NCBI GenBank assembly: GCA_951406725.2
Contig: OX597835.1
Coordinates: forward strand, 2,108,001-2,172,000
Direction of reading: 5' to 3'
Source: Octopus vulgaris
Lineage: Eukaryota
DNA: 64,000 nt
The notes under the pieces are model-generated. The model searched no databases. It had not been told where the DNA came from and saw only the letters and a program-made list of their open reading frames with translations. Shown here piece by piece: positions 62,479 to 64,000 of this stretch (its first letter is position 1; each line of letters begins with the position of its first letter). The position numbers and the translations under genes were made by a program.

Positions 62479-64000
62479 TAGACAGACACACACGCACAAG
62501 ATCATACTTCTCTATTCCTCGTGTTACCTCTATTCCTCTTGTCTTCATCGTCTCAAGTCTCCTTTCTAACCAGTCTTTTCTTCGAACGATGCCAGGCCTC
62601 GGGAATATCCTTTCTGCATATTTTATTTCTTACAGCAGCCGCCAACATGCTGCTGTTCAATTAAAACACTAAAAACATCAATAAAGTCGATCAGGGCCCA
62701 CGAGGGCCTGCGGAGACTTTGAGCACAGCCAGAGATCCTTCGAAGTAACTCCACTTCAGCCTCTTGTATTCGCGATCGTATCTTTCGGTCATTACCCAAC
62801 ATTCGTGTCTACTGGGTGAGATTAGGCATGAAAGCCAAAATGAAGGTAACAAGCGTAACCTATTGCCAACCTCTTCTCTTCTGAGGATTGAATGCTGCAC
62901 CTGGGGCATTGCTGTTCCAGCACCTGCAATTCTAACATCCAACCCAGCCTCCTACTTTCTACTACTCGCGAATACGACCCCAAGACAATTCTCCACTTAC
63001 CTCAAAACTGTGGCAATGAAGAGTGGTAATCCCAATTTTTAAAAGGAGACAAGTGAGAATACTCTGATTATCAACGAACCTCCTTATCGAGCCTTCTGTG
63101 TAGTCTATATTAGGTGTCTAGAAGAGAGATGTAGGGAAATTGTCGAGCTCGAGCTAGCTGAAGTGTGGCTTCCGTCTTGGAATGCTGCACAACCGACTAG
63201 ATATTCGCAATAGTTCGGCTAAATCTTGTTCTTGTTAAACCCAAGTCGGTCCTAATCAAATGGACCTACAATCAAAGGTGTTGAAACTCTGACCATATCA
63301 TTTTTATTTTCAGGTGTAGTATATCTAGAGTTGGATACACTTGTTATTTCTAGCAGGCTGAGTAAACCACATAAGGGTTTTCTCATTGGCGTGTCAAATA
63401 ATTACTTTACGTATCAGTACCATTGTGCAATTCACAAGTGTTTCGTTAAACTTACGGAGTAAATCTGAAATTCTGCCACCGAAAGAATTACGCAGACTTG
63501 CTAGAAATAACACCCTACTCTCTCTCTCAAATCACATGTTGTAATAAAAAAAGTAGGGACGCCTTGGACTATACTGTCTCAGAATCATCGTTTAGGAAAG
63601 AAGAAGAAGAAGAAGAAGAAGAAGAAGAAGAAGGACAACAACAACAATTAGGCAAATGATAAAGACATCGACTGGCAAATTCCACCAGGCCTTTTGTGAC
63701 GTCCTTAAAGCCAGGAACTTTTCAGCATTATTTACATTATTTACATTTGACGGATATTTGTCCTCATCTTGTTTCTTGTTAACACAATGTTTTGGCTGCT
63801 ATACCCACCAACCTCCATCAGATGTCTTGGGGAAATTTCGAACCTAGGTTCGACGACGAAGAAGGACAACAACAACAACAATTAGGCAAATGATAAAGAC
63901 ATCGACTGGCAAATTCCACCCTGAAAAAGAGCCAAGCGGCCTTTAAGAGGAACAGATAAAAACAATAACAGCGATAAGGACAATGACAATGCTTTTATAC

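Noticed and set aside
62691-63042. Additional CHS exon
   Set aside because: No CHS-like sequence or compatible splice sites; a WRIV...CPRC reading suggests a decayed LINE fragment, too weak to call.
1-64000. CRISPR array or prokaryotic operon
   Set aside because: Spliceosomal genes and eukaryotic repeats throughout; no regularly spaced repeat-spacer array.

Overview
Eukaryotic, AT-rich, repeat-dense DNA. The SINE, microsatellite and Helitron content looks like an Octopus (coleoid cephalopod) genome; this is an inference from repeat motifs, not a database result. Two convergent multi-exon genes are present. On the + strand is the 3' part of an inositol polyphosphate 4-phosphatase (INPP4A/B-like; 10 exons, 433-23748, catalytic CKSGKDRT). 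On the - strand is the central and 3' part of a chitin synthase (11 exons, 62379-39112; DGD, QKFEY, EDR, QRRRW and WGTR motifs). The chitin synthase has a GC-AG intron and an apparent 1-nt frameshift in its penultimate exon. Introns and the intergenic gap hold tRNA-derived and RTE-tailed SINEs, non-autonomous Helitrons (one composite block), MITEs, and remnants of RTE, R4-like, mariner and hAT elements. The most notable non-coding signal is a set of minimal hammerhead-ribozyme motifs of the Penelope-like type: one with an intact core and several degenerate ones. Other signals are two long intronic fold-back hairpins, an LTR-like segment containing a tRNA-like Pol III module, and an apparent CpG-depletion boundary near 32.5 kb. 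Most short ORFs in the track are microsatellite or repeat artefacts.
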